Assembly (NCBI RefSeq): GCF_006345805.1
Contig: NC_043013.1
Span: 11,966,001 to 12,030,000 of the forward strand
Reading direction: 5' to 3'
Source: Octopus sinensis
Taxonomy: Eukaryota
DNA: 64,000 bases
Shown here: one piece after another, positions 1 through 13,055 of the stretch
Layout: every line of letters starts with the position of its first letter
How positions within the stretch are numbered: the first letter of the stretch is position 1
Notes under the pieces: generated by a model
Seen by the model: the letters and a program-made list of their open reading frames with translations, nothing else
What the model was told of the DNA's origin: nothing
Database searches by the model: none
Position numbers and translations under genes: made by a program

Positions 1-522
1 GTGCATTTGGTAGACGGAAACTGAAAGAATCCTATCGTATATATGTATGTATATATATGTATATATATGTATATATATGTATATATAAGGCGGCGAGCTG
101 ACAGAATCGCTTGCGCGCCGGTGGTTGTGAGTTCAAATTCCGCCGAGATCGACTTTGCCTTTCATCCATTCGGGGTCGATAAATTAAGTACCAATTACGC
201 GCAGGGGTTGATGTAATCGACTTAATAACTATGTCTGTCCTTGTTTGTCCCCCCCTATCATTAGCCCTTTGTGGGCAATAAAGAAATACGTATATATGTA
301 TATATATGTATGTGTGTGTATATGTTTGTGTATCTGTGCTTGTCCTTCCACCACCGATGGTGGTGTGTTTTTGACCCCGTAACTTAGCGGTTCGGCAAAA
401 AGAGAACGATAGAATAAGTACTAGGCTTACAAAGAATAAGTCCTGGGGTCGATTTGCTCGACTAAAGGTGTTGCTCCAGCATGGCAGCAGTCAAATGGCT
501 GAAACGAATAAAAGAAAAAAAG
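1..522 (+). mobile_element. SINE-A (tRNA-headed, CORE-like) middle and 3' part, interrupted by SINE-B
   Basis: Matches the full copy at 47483-47882 (tttggtagacggaaactgaaagaa ... cgtaacttagcggttcggcaaaa ... ctccagcatgg ... ctgaaac). Confidence 0.85.
87..288 (+). mobile_element. SINE-B copy nested in the internal (TATATG)n of SINE-A
   Basis: aaggcggcgagctg head, gagttcaaattcc B-box, end at aaagaaata. Confidence 0.85.
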
Positions 523-542
523 TATATATATATATATATACT

Positions 543-1694
543 TTTCTAAGATAGAAGTCAGGTGGTAGTAGCCAATGAGGCCACTTCCATCAACACGCAA
601 ATAGTGAGCGGTGTTCCGCAGGGCACTGTCTTGGGACAACTACTGTTCATAATGGCCCTCTCAGACATGCCCGCAGCCACGCAGAGAGCCACGATCACAA
701 GTTATGCAGATGATACAAAAGTTTCACAGGCAATACAGAACCCTGAGGACACTAAACGCCTGCAATGTGAGCTGGACAAAATATACAAGTGGGCTGAAAA
801 GAATAGCATGCAGTTCAATGCTGAAAAGTTTCAAGCTTTATACTATCAGCATGCAAAACTAAATGCAATACCCAATGAATACACTGGACCCGGAGGAATT
901 GCAATCCCAGAGGCACAATCAGTGCGTGACCTGGGTATTTACATGAGTGATGACGCAACCTTTCGTGTACATGTTGCTAAATTGGCAATGAAATGTAGAC
1001 GACTGGCCGGATGGATTCTCAGAACGTTTAGAACAAGAGAACAAGAAACCATGATGGTCCTCTGGAGGACACTTTTCCTAAGCCACTTTGACTATTGCTC
1101 TCAGTTGTGGTCACCATCCAGTGTCAAGTTGATCACAGAACTTGAGGCGATCCAACGTAGCTACACGAAGAAGGTAGCCTCTATGCAGAATATAAGCTAC
1201 TGGGAAAGACTCAAGAGATTAAAACTATATTCCTTGGAGCGTAGGCGGGAAAGATATGCCATAATATACATCTGGAAGATCCTGGAGGGACTTGTCCCAA
1301 ACTTTGGCATCGAGAGTTACACAAATGCCAGAACTGGGCGCCACTGCGTGGTGCCTAGGACTCCAAATTTGCCATCAAGATGTAGGACAAGATACTGTGA
1401 TAGCCTGGGCTTCCGAGGCCCACAGCTCTTCAATATCCTCCCGAAGAACCTAAGAGACCTGCATGGGGTGGATGCAGATGTCTTTAAAATGAAACTGGAT
1501 CTCTTCCTGTCAGGTGTCCCAGATGAACCAACTTCACGGCAGGAGGTGCAGATGAGGGCAGCTGCATCGAACTCTCTCATGCACCAAATGTCAATTTCTA
1601 AAAAGCTTTCGTGAAGTAAAACCATGTAGCAACACCAAATGGCGGTGCCCCAGCATGGCCACAGCTCATGAGCTGAAACTAGAATCAATCAATC
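543..1694 (+). mobile_element. 5'-truncated CR1-group (APE-type) LINE: RT C-terminal part plus 3' UTR ending in (AATC)n
   Basis: ORF 562-1614 has GVPQGTVLG, YADDTK, DLGI, DYCSQLWSP and SLERRR motifs. The in-frame homology FLxDRSQVVVAN starts near 543. The 3' UTR ends in the hairpin CAGCTC-AT-GAGCTG, then AAAC and aatcaatcaatca. Confidence 0.9.
562..1614 (+). pseudogene. Open but N-terminally truncated LINE ORF2 reverse transcriptase segment (350 aa)
   Basis: Uninterrupted frame with the RT YADD box and thumb region. No endonuclease domain and no 5' part, so it is not an autonomous copy. Confidence 0.85.
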
Positions 1695-1700
1695 ATATAT

Positions 1701-1797
1701 CCTTCTTTCCTTCTTTCCTGAGAGTCCAATAACACTATATTTGTTCCACGTCCTCGCGTTGTTGTGTTTTTTTGTGTTTTCTTGTTTGGATTAACTA
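1701..1797 (+). mobile_element. 3' tail of the hammerhead-bearing element family (see 5296-5508)
   Basis: Near-identical to 5410-5508; ends tttggattaac followed by (TA)n. Confidence 0.75.
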
Positions 1798-1817
1798 TAT
1801 ATATAAATATAGATATA

Positions 1818-1995
1818 TTATTTAAGAGCGGCAGAAATGTGAAAAAAGCTGTTACTCAGAGTGAGCGAGAACGTGAAACTCTGAGTAACAGCTTTTCTTA
1901 TATTCCTGCTGATTTTAAATAAAGCATATTACTCTACCTCAGGTATTTGAGTACTATTGTTTCCACCTTGTTTCACATTTATGTATTTACTCAGA
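1818..1995 (+). mobile_element. Fold-back element in (TA)n carrying the 3' half of a hammerhead
   Basis: Perfect 19-bp arms at 1844-1862 and 1878-1896. Loop and right arm read GA-GCG-AGAA-CGT-GAAA-CTCTGAGT-A. The tail is shared with 26235-26325. Confidence 0.7.
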
Positions 1996-2007
1996 TATAT
2001 ATATATA

Positions 2008-2200
2008 CTTTCATTCTTTTACTTGTTTCAGTTATTTGACTGCAGCCATGCTGGAACACCGCGTTAAAGGGTTCTAGTCGAACTAATCAACCCTCAAGAC
2101 TTTTTTCAACCTAGTACCTATTTTATCGATCTTCTTGCCGAGACGATTAGCTACGGGGACGTAAAATACCAACGCCTGTTGTCAAGCGGCGCTGGTGGGG
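2008..2200 (-). mobile_element. SINE-A 3' half
   Basis: Reverse complement of the SINE-A tail (cttgtttcagt ... catgctggaacaccgc). Confidence 0.8.
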
Positions 2201-2980
2201 TGGGGTGGGGTGGGGTGGGACATATAAACATATATATATATATATAATATATATATATATATATAATATATATATATATATACAGGGAGAGAAAGAGCGA
2301 GAGAGTGAGAGAGAGAGAGAAAGATAGATGTATATATGCACATATGCATACGTACACACATCCCTGCATCCAGCCATACATCTAGCCATCCATCTACACA
2401 TACATACAAACATACATACATATATACATACTTACGATATGTCCTTATGACTTTAATGCCCAAATACTGACCACTTCTAAACAAATGTGGGAGAGACTTT
2501 ACCTGTCGCTCATTTTCGTACCTGTATCTGCTCTTTGCAGGTAGATATCTTGTTATCGCTGATTTATTTGCTATCAAGGTATTTTAATGTTTCTCATGTT
2601 CTCATGTTTCTTTCGTCCACCCCCTCCCAGTCACCGCCTCTCTCTCTCTCTCTTTCATTAGTTACGGGAAATCATATAAGTATCGGATATTTAATAGTAA
2701 AAGTTAGAACTAGTAATCAAAGTCTACATAAGCTCTAAAATATATGACTATTTATCATTGGTACAGCTGCAATGGTAGGTTAAGCTATCATTTATAAAGA
2801 AGAAAGTATAGTAAATTATACAGGTATTAAGTGAAGAAGATAAACCAAAACAAAATAAAAACAAACATAAAGCCAATGCAACACAGAATAACGGAAGTAA
2901 AGCAGAATGGAAACTGAATGCAAAATAATAGCATGGGCACAGGAAAACCAAAAGAAAAAAAAACACTATATAAATAGATA

Positions 2981-3140
2981 GGCGCAGGAGTGGCTGTGTG
3001 GTAAGTAGCTTGCTTACCAATCATATGGTGCTGGTTTCAGTCCTACTGCGTGGCAAGTGTCTTCTACTATAGCTTGAGGCCGACCAAAGCCTTGTTTCTG
3101 AGTGGATTTGGGAGACGGAAACAGAAAGAAGCCCGACGTA
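2981..3140 (+). mobile_element. SINE-A 5' half
   Basis: ggcgcaggagtggctgtgtggtaagtagcttgc head, as at 47483. Confidence 0.85.
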
Positions 3141-3181
3141 TATATTTATTTACTTAAACATATATACATATATACACACAC

Positions 3182-3263
<82 letters not shown>
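3182..3263. repeat. (GATA)n microsatellite
   Basis: Perfect tetranucleotide array. Confidence 0.95.
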
Positions 3264-4020
3264 TGCAAATGTGACGAAAAAAGAACAAAAATAAGTTAAA
3301 AACATAGACACAAATGCGGTATTAGCTTGACGCCCTGAAAATTTGAAAAAGCGGAAACATCTGGAACATTTAGAATATGCACATCTAGAGAGAACAGAAC
3401 GGAGAATGAAAACTGAAGTATAACAAACGTAAATTTTTTCAACCATCACGGTATGCAGGAAGACCAAATAATAACACTCACAATATTTGGTTTTTAAAAA
3501 AATTAGTCGCCTTGGCTGGAAGAGTTGAAGCTAGATCAGTAAACATGAAAGACATTCTAACCATTTTACCAAAGCAGATCCATGTTAGAAGCTTTGATCT
3601 TTGCAGCGAAACGGCTACTATGTTTTGCATAAGAATTTAGAAATTTTGAGGAAGACGATAAATGCTGTATTAAAACAGCCCTTGCCTGTGCAACCCGAAC
3701 CCATATGTTCCCTAAATATGACAGAAAGGCAGCTCGTGAGACGCAGGCGCACTGTTAATAAAAATACATGAAATCTTTTCCCCCAAAATTTTGAAATTCA
3801 AATAAGGTAAACATTTTACAAAGCTAATAGAATAAATGGAAAAAAATCGCGTATTTCCTAGAACGTCTGTCCTGTTTACGGATTACGTAATACATTATGT
3901 AACTCTCAAATTCATCAGGCAAGTATGTAAAACAAGTGAACAAAGACTCTTTGTTTCATTCACTGAGTTATCAACAAGTACATACATACGAACATATATA
4001 TACACACGCACGCACATTTA

Positions 4021-4185
4021 TGGTTAATGAGAGACGGAGGACGGAAGATACGAGAGGTTTTACAAATCACTACATTTGTTTCGACGCATCTAACATCGGC
4101 CTCTGACGAATGCTAGATGTATCGAAACAATTGTAGTGATTAATAAAATCTCTCGTATCCTCCATCATCTGTCTTTCATTAACCA
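4021..4185 (+). mobile_element. Fold-back element with a hammerhead core at its apex
   Basis: Imperfect inverted arms of about 70 bp (tggttaatga ... / ... tcattaacca). CTGACGA at 4103-4109, GAAA at 4124-4127, palindromic stem III ACAATTGT, GTA triplet. Confidence 0.7.
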
Positions 4186-4835
4186 GATACATAACGAACT
4201 CAATAAAAGCGACCGTGCTTTACCAATAGTCTACCCGGTACATACCATTCGTTTTATTATGTAATATCTAATAATATGTGTGTGTAGAGTTTCCCCAGAC
4301 GAAACTGTTGATTTACTGACAATTCTACAACTAAATTTTATCAATCTCCTGACCACCATGCTTGGTCCGTAACCTCTATACATCCCTTATCTTTACATTC
4401 TTTTACACTTTTATCACGTTTTTATCATGTTTTTTTACTTTTATTTCTATTTCTATTTTTACTTTATAACCCTATGCCTTTACTTTTATTTATATTTCTT
4501 TATATTCCTTTATATTCTTTATACCCCCTTTACATCTCCTTATAACTCTTTATATCTTTATGCTCTACATTTTTATATTTTTCTATACTTACACTTTTTA
4601 TACATTTTCTATCCCTCGTCCCGAATTCTCGCCCCTCCATCTTCACCTCTCTATATGTATTTATTTATTTACATTACCTCAACATCCAATTTTCCTCATT
4701 CTACATTGAGAGAAGAAAGAGATGGACGCTTCAATTCTATGCTGCTGCCGCATTATGTCGTACGCGAATGAGAGGATTTGCATCCCCAACCAAGAATTTT
4801 TGATGTAACACATGTCCTTGTGGAAGCTGTTGTGC

Positions 4836-4911
4836 GCGGCTGAAGAAGGCCACAGACATACATTATGCATTGTTATAAATCTGTCTAATAAAGGCCCGAA
4901 ATATGTACCGC
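4836..4911 (+). ncRNA. Putative minimal type I hammerhead ribozyme with extended stem II
   Basis: GCGG / CTGAAGA / A / GGCC ... GGCCC / GAAA / TATGT-A / CCGC. Stem I is a perfect 4-bp GC stem and the cleavage triplet is GUA. Confidence 0.65.
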
Positions 4912-5029
4912 TGAATCCTTCGCATCATGTTTTTATTTTATTTTGATGTGTGTAGAGATAGATAGAAATCACTTCTCTTTCTTTTATTGATTACAAGAGT
5001 ACATCTATTTTCTTTTATTCTTATATATT

Positions 5030-5220
5030 CTTTTATTTTTTTCAGTCATTTGATTCCTGCCATGCTGGAGCACCGCCTTTAGTCGAGCAAATCGACCTCA
5101 GAACTTATTCTTAGCAAGCCTGGTACTTATACTATCAGTCTCTTTTGCCGAACCGCAAAGTTACGGGACGTAAACTTATCAGTATCGGTTGTCAAGCGAC
5201 GTGGGGGGGGAGACAAACAC
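5030..5220 (-). mobile_element. SINE-A 3' half
   Basis: catgctggagcaccgcctttagtcgagcaaatcgacc, the reverse complement of the SINE-A tail. Confidence 0.85.
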
Positions 5221-5295
5221 ACACACATGCATATATATATATATTATATATATATATATTCACATACATGAAAATACACACACACACACATATAT

Positions 5296-5502
5296 GTGAC
5301 CTCGTGAGTACCGCTGGCGATTTTATTCCTCTGTCTTTCCTTCTCGGGATCTTTTCTTCTCCTATATTTCCGACGAAGAGTTCCGCTCGAAACGTTAAAC
5401 CCTCCTTCTTCCCTTCTTTCCTGAGCGTCCAATAATACTTTATTTGTTCCACGTCCTCGCGTTGCTGTGTTTTTTTGTTTTTTTGTGTTTTTTTGTTTGG
5501 AT

Positions 5503-5508
<6 letters not shown>
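5296..5508 (+). mobile_element. ~210 bp microsatellite-embedded element with a minimal hammerhead (Penelope pLTR-like)
   Basis: Same boundaries as the copy at 31383-31588. Hammerhead motif at 5366-5400: ATTT-CCGACGA-A-GAGT-TCC-GCTC-GAAA-CGT-T-AAAC. Confidence 0.7.
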
Positions 5509-5546
<38 letters not shown>

Positions 5547-6009
5547 ATAATATATATATATATAATATATCTTCATCCACTCAAGAGAAAACATGTAATG
5601 AATCTATTTGAAATCAAATTATCTCATTTGCATAGGCATTAATATAATGAACTATTATTATAATGAACTATTACTGTTAAGCTGCAAGCTGACAGACTCG
5701 TTGGAGCATCGGAAAAGATGTCATTCAGTATTTGCTCCCGTATTTCCTTCGGTCGGAATCGATGAACTAAGGTTTGGGGGAAGGGATATTGTCCATTACA
5801 TCGTAACCAAGTGCTCAACTAGTAGTTTACTGGTTTCCATCGTGTTTAATTGGTAGTATTGCTGTATTTCTCGCAAGGACTAAAGTGAGAATCAGTTATT
5901 CTCTGGGCAGATCAAACGTCACAAGTGATTTCGCATTTTGTTTTTTTTCAGAGATGAGTATCAAACACCGAAATGCATCGATGTACCAACAAGAACTAAC
6001 CTCCAGATC

Positions 6010-6065
<56 letters not shown>

Positions 6066-6456
6066 TCTCTCTCTCCCCCTTTCACCCTTCGTCTCTCTCC
6101 TCTTCACTGCAAAATTGATGGCCAAGTTCCAAAAAATGAAACGCATATTTCTGTTATGAAATTTGGCCATGTCAGATACGTAATTTCACACCTACAAAAT
6201 TACATAATATATTTATACCAGTAAGATACTACGATAGAATAATTTAACTGAGCACCATGCCACAGAGATAAGCAAATAACAATATGGCCTTCTGTTTATA
6301 TTTTAAATCAATATTATCTGGCAACTCAGTGTTTTTGAAATTTCCATAATTAGTTCCAGCCGGAAGTTTGTTTAATTCTATCTCTGATTCTTAAATTTAC
6401 GATGATACATAGGGTGACATATATGGGACTCTCTCTCTGTTTACATTCATGTTTGC

Positions 6457-6499
<43 letters not shown>

Positions 6500-7193
6500 T
6501 ATGTGTGTGTGTGTGTGTTTGTATATATATATATATTTTACACATATACATTTTAATACATACATATATATATATATGTAGATATATATATGCACACACT
6601 TATACATATATGTGTGTACACACACGAGCACACGCATATACACACCGTGTATACATACGTGTGTTTGTTGATTTGATTTCATGTGTGTTCTTTTGCGGAT
6701 GTGCGTCTACTTTTGGGTTTACGTATGTATGGATGTGAATCTGAAAATATATGGGTGTGTGAATGTATATGAATGTGTGTGTGAGTGTGTATGTGCAAGC
6801 TATTTTTGTTTGTTTGTTGTGTATTATTCACAGGTTACAGATGGTTAATCAAGGGTTCCATAATATCATGCCATGATCGCTTTTTCTATCATTTTTTTTA
6901 CGCTCTCTCTATCTGTCAGTTTCCTTCATAAATATACAAGTATGATGTATGTATGCATGTATATATATATGCAATATATATGATATATGCAATATATATA
7001 TATATATAATATATATATTATATATATATATATATACACGTATGCATATACATATATACATGGGCACATATTTACATCGTGGTAGTCATATTAGCCATTA
7101 AATTATTATTATTGTTATTATTACTTGATACGTATATATGTGTGTGTGTGTAAATATATACGTATATATTTATGTATATATATATATATATAT

Positions 7194-7244
<51 letters not shown>

Positions 7245-7361
7245 CACATACAAATACACACGCGCACACACATAGATAATACGTACAGAAAATGGATGTG
7301 TAACGTATAACAATGTCATATAAATATATACCAACTATGAAATTGCGTAGGCCATGCATAC

Positions 7362-7420
<59 letters not shown>

Positions 7421-7484
7421 GTGTGTGTGTGTGTAAATATATATATATATATGTATATATATATATGTATATATATATATATAA

Positions 7485-7535
<51 letters not shown>

Positions 7536-8672
7536 TATATATATATATATAATATATATAATATATATATATATATATATGTATATGTATATGTATGTAT
7601 ATGTATTCATGCATGTATATATAGATATATACGAACTTGTTTATACATGTATATCTCCATACAGATAAGGACTCATGCAATATACATATACATGCCTATC
7701 TATTTCTGTGCATATGTATGTATATATATATATATAAAATATTATATAGGCATATGTATATATATATTCATATTTGTGTATATGTATATGCATATAGATT
7801 CATATATATATATTATATATATGCATATATACACACACGTTGATATGTTTATAAAATGTCTGTCGTCCTGCCTGTCTATCGATATATCGATCACTTTAGC
7901 CCGTTCTATCTTCTGTCTATATTTCAAAAATAACTTCGGTATTTAGAATCCGAGGTTTGTTTTTTTATTATTTTACAGTAAGTTTAGAAAAAAGGAAATT
8001 ATATGTGTGTGTATGGATGTATGTATGTATATATGTATGCTGTATGTGTATATTTTGATATGTATATACGTGAAATATATATATAGTCATGTATGTTTCT
8101 ACGTTTCTATATGAGTGCGTGTCAATATACTATGTTTAGCTAGGTTTGTTTTTTGTTTTTTTTTCCTGTTTTATTTTTACATTTTCAAAAAGATTTTAAA
8201 ATTTATCGACATTCGAAAAAAAAAACTGTTTTAGAATTGAGATAAAAAGAACACACTAAAATATATTCACACACACACAGAAGTTTGCACATACACATAC
8301 ACAAATAGATATAAATTTACATATAGATACAAACACATACGCATATACATATACGTTTACATATACATTCATATACATAAATTTAGTGTATGTATATATA
8401 TATTAAAATCTACAGACACACATGTACATATATCTGTGTGTGTACATATATGTATATATATGTATATATGTATATATATATATATATAATATATATATTA
8501 TATATATATATATATATATATGGAGAGAGAGAGAGAGAGATAAATATGTGTATTTACATATATCTCTACGCACATATGTGTACATATATATCTATATATA
8601 TATGTGTGTGTGTATACATATATCTATACAGGCTCATATTTACGTACGTATATATATTTGTGTGTGTACATA

Positions 8673-8759
<87 letters not shown>

Positions 8760-9350
8760 ACAAATGGACATACGTACGCACATATGCACACACACACACT
8801 CACAAGCACACGCACATTCACACATACATATAAGTAATAGCTCTGTGTATCTCTCTGAATCTTTGAAACCGTTAGGTGTGCCACTGTGTGGTTAAAGCGT
8901 GATCGTGTTTAATATTTTATGTCCATGCATTTGTATATATGTATGTGCCTTTTAAATTCTAAGTGTTGCGTGTGTGTGTGTGTGTATGTATGTGTATGTG
9001 TTTGTGTGTGTGTATGGCTGTGTATGTTAGTAATCTCGCATTTGCTGCGAACACATTGAATTTTTTTCTTAATTTATATATAAGTTTCAAAAAAGTAAAT
9101 AAATAAAATATGAAACGAAAATTTCTAAAATAAAAAATAAACTGAAAAATAGTGACCATATTTTCTATAAAAATCAATGTGAAAAAATAAAAATCAATAT
9201 TGCATAGATTAATTTTTAAAATAGGTTCAACAAAGAACCACATCAAAGGGTTGAACAAAACCAGGAATTACGTCCGAGTGTCGTGGAAAAAAAATTGATA
9301 TATATATGCATATATATCTTGATACACACACGTATGCATGTTTGTATATG

Positions 9351-9385
<35 letters not shown>

Positions 9386-10579
9386 TATATATACGTGTGT
9401 GTATATGCATATGTATATGCGTATATAAGTAAATATATATACATGCATTTATGTATGAATGTGTTACTGCATTTATGGTAACTTATATGTATGTATATAT
9501 ATATATATATCCAAATGCAAAACGCATTGCACACACAATCACAAAGTCACTAATATTTACATATGCACATGTATACACATACAGCATTCACTTTAATTGA
9601 AACAAAGAAAAAAAAATAAGATGCACTCACTCACAGAAATATACATGCACGTATTCACAAGCTCATGACACGACTTTTGAGGAACAGAAACTTTGAAACA
9701 GAAAGTGACATACAGGCACAGAGGAAAGAGTCCATAGGGATAGAGAGAGGAAGTGAGAAAGAGTGAAAGCGATAGAGAGAGAGAGAGAAAAAGAAAGAAA
9801 GAGAGACAAGGAGAGAGAGAGAGAGAATAAAGAGCTAGTCTAAAATGGTGTTGTGTTGGTTTGGGTAGGGACAGCGATCGAGCAAAAACGTTCACAACGT
9901 GGTCCAGTGTAGTGTAACTGGGACGGTATGGGGAAAGCTATTTGGCAATTGGGGACAGTTGGGGGTTTGTGATTGATGGGATCATCCAATAGGATCAGTA
10001 AAGGGTGATAAAACGCTAGAGTGGGGTTACATAGAATATGGTGGTTGCGCTAGATAATTCAGTGATCAGAAGGAAACGATTTTTATTTGTAGTCAATTGA
10101 ATTCTTGAGAAATAAGTTTAATATATATATATTCTATTATTATTTCACTGGTTGCAGTCATTAAACTTTGGCCAATCTGGAGCTTCGCTTTGTTCTATGG
10201 TAAAGTCGATTATATCGACTTCCTCCTCAATTGCTCATTGATATTTATTTTTCCTTTTTTTTTTTCAATCTTGACTCAAGTCAGAAAATTTATGATCCTT
10301 GTTCTGATCGAGGATATTTAAGTGTAAAAATTTTACCCTCGGTTTGATCGAGCGAACAAATGTCGTTGATCCTAGGTTTAATCTGCCAGACGTAGACGTT
10401 ATAGCGATTACTATCATGTTAAGTATATCTTAAAGCACATCGTCCTATGTAAAAACCGTCTTCTAATATAGTTAGGAATTGTTTCAGAGGAGACTTTTCT
10501 GATGTTTATAACAGTTCTAACAATCCATCGAGTATCTATGACACTTACAGTTTTATCAGTAATCACTTAATCAGTAACC

Positions 10580-10832
10580 ACGACTGGCTCATAAGGGCCG
10601 GTTTCTCAGTTTCCTTGGTGTATAGGTTCCCAATCTGGCCAGGACGCCGATCCGTCGCAGGTAAACTGTAAGATGCAGGAGGAAAGAGTGGGAGAAAGTT
10701 ATGGCGAAAGAGTCAGCAGAAGTTCGCCATTACCTTCTGCCGGAGCCGCGTGGAGCTTAGGTGTTTCGCTCATAAACACACACACTGCCCAGTCTGAGAT
10801 CCATCGACCGCGAGTCCGCTATGTGCCTCCAC
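10580..10832 (-). mobile_element. SINE-C relative with an alternative 3' tail
   Basis: The reverse complement shares gtggaggc ... gcggactcgcggtcg ... acctaagctccacg ... ctctttcgcc with 46934-47130, then continues ttacctgcgacggatcggcgtcctggccag ... gaaaccggcccttatgagcc. Confidence 0.75.
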
Positions 10833-11299
10833 TATTGGAGGTACACTGATCTAAGGAAGAATAAATGTGAAAACTCATATTCAACGGGATCTGAACACGG
10901 AATGTAAAGAAGCGAAAGGCGTTTTCATCCGAAACGTTGTCGATTCAGAATTCCACAATATGTACTATTAATTTTTGTGTCATCAATAATTACTTTTTTA
11001 AAATTTTAGTTTCCATTCATAGAATTATATCTAAGATACATATGGAATCCACCTTAGATCTTTCGTAACACATGCTTTAATACATGCTTGATTCATATGG
11101 ATGAGTAGCTATAAGACAGCTTGTTTTATAATTTTAGTACTAAGATGGTGGTAGAGGCATACGGTTAGTCCAATCAGCATTTGAATATCACTTGGTATCA
11201 CTCAGACATCTAGTGAACAGTAAAGAAAGGAATTAGTGTTTTACATGCATACACAAAAGTGGGAGCAACATCTTCCAAGTTGGAGAAAAACTACTGTGC

Positions 11300-12010
11300 A
11301 GGTACTCACAGAATACAAGTGTCTCATGCAATCCAAAACAGGCTGGAGCGGCCTATCTAAACAGATGTTTGGAGGAGAAGCAGTCTACATACCAGCAAAA
11401 AAGCAATTCATGGGTAAATAGCCCATAAGCTAGAGGATAACGATAGCATTGACTGAAAGAGTTGCCTCTCTTGGATCTGTGATAGATTCATTAGATAACA
11501 CTAGAAAGATATGCCTTCACTCCCTCACTATTCAGGAACAGGAGTTAGCAACTAAATCTCTGATAAACAAGAGATACAAATATACTACCAAACCTCCACG
11601 TTGTAACAGAAAACGTTCGCTCTGCAATACCAGTGTGGAAGATATCAACCACATTATCAGCAGCTGCCCCAAAATGTCTACGAGATACCACCAGTCTTTG
11701 AAGCGTGATAAAGTCGCAAAAACTATTTACAACGTTGTCCGCAGGAAGAATTGCGCGGATATATACATAAAAGGTATGTCAGAACCAGCAAAGAATACTG
11801 GTGGAAGACGCCTATAAAAACTGCAATTCGGTGCAAACATAACAGACTTGCGATTACTCTGTGAGACAGGTAACAAAAGTCATGTACTGATATAGGTGTC
11901 AGCTGCCCATACGTATTAACATCGGGAACTCTCGTCTCTCAAAAAACGTTGCCGTTTCGTTAGCGACCGTCTTGAAGGCTAAAGAACAGAAATAAAACTA
12001 AATAAAACCA
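11300..12010 (+). mobile_element. Decayed RLE-type (R4/Dong-like) LINE 3' fragment ending in (CATA)n
   Basis: Translates as KAIHG...IQEQELATK...LCNTSVEDINHIISSCP...WWKTPIKTAIRCKHNR. The 3' end gaaataaaactaaa runs into (CATA)n at 12011-12240. Confidence 0.75.
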
Positions 12011-12089
12011 TCATACATTCATACATACAGACACGCATAGATACATACATACACGCATACATACATACACACACACATACATACATACA

Positions 12090-12121
<32 letters not shown>

Positions 12122-12239
12122 CACATACACGCATAGATACATACACACACGCATATATACATGCATACACACACACATACATATATACATACATACATAA
12201 ACAGCATACATGCATACATACATAAATTTATACATACAT

Positions 12240-12960
12240 AACCGATGAAACATGACGTTGTAGTTAGGACACTCTATAATGAAATCCTTCGGAAAGAAAA
12301 TTCTGTGGACAAAGTAATAAAAACCCACAATATGGTAAAAGCCATAGCCACTCATAATGAAAAGGAATAGTGGTGGAATATACCAGTGAAGACTTCAATA
12401 TAATGTAAGCACAACAGACCTTATATAATGATTTGGGATATAGAAGCGATTGTGCACAGTTGTGGAAATTAGCTGGGTGTTAATATAAAGCTGAAGATCA
12501 GTGAAAAAGAGAACACCTACGCTGAACTATTAAGAAATCTGCAGTTACTCTATCCAGATTACAAGTTCAGGTTTATGCATGTAATTAATGGGGCACTGGG
12601 ATATGTAATACACTGCCTAAATATCAATCTTGAGAAATTAGCCTTCTCAAAATCAGAGACCTAATTCGAAGACTACACCACTGGAACTGTAAACATCTGT
12701 AAAACTTTATAATTTAAATATATATGAGAATGTCTAGACATTGAAGTATATGCACGAGAATGCATACATAAAGCAAAACGAACAAATTTGCACATATACA
12801 TACATACATACATTCATACATACATGCATACAGACATACATACAAAAATGACCCCGTTGCTGATGTTGAAATTGGAATGAAGGAGACTTGAATCTAGGTT
12901 AGAAACCGGCTCTTTCTCTATTGACAAGACATCTTGAAATAAAACTGAACAATGACATAC
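12240..12960 (+). mobile_element. RLE-type LINE 3' fragment with 3' UTR, flanked by (CATA)n
   Basis: MKHDVVVRTLYNEI...WWNIPVKTS...KHNRP...ISEKENTYAELLRNLQLLYPDYKF. The 3' UTR is shared with 28520-28740 and ends aataaaactgaacaatgacatac. Confidence 0.85.
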
Positions 12961-13055
12961 GTACGTACGTAGTGGATGTTATCTCGTAGACGAAACAGAC
13001 TATCACACTGTGCAACACTGTGCAACTAATTTTTATCTTATTTATTTATTTATTT

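Noticed and set aside
3280-3830. Possible decayed DNA transposon coding sequence
   Set aside because: No TIRs or catalytic motif could be identified by eye.
6164-6179. 16-bp exact match tggccatgtcagatac also at 50616-50631
   Set aside because: Roughly one such match is expected by chance in a 64-kb two-strand self-comparison, and the flanks do not align.
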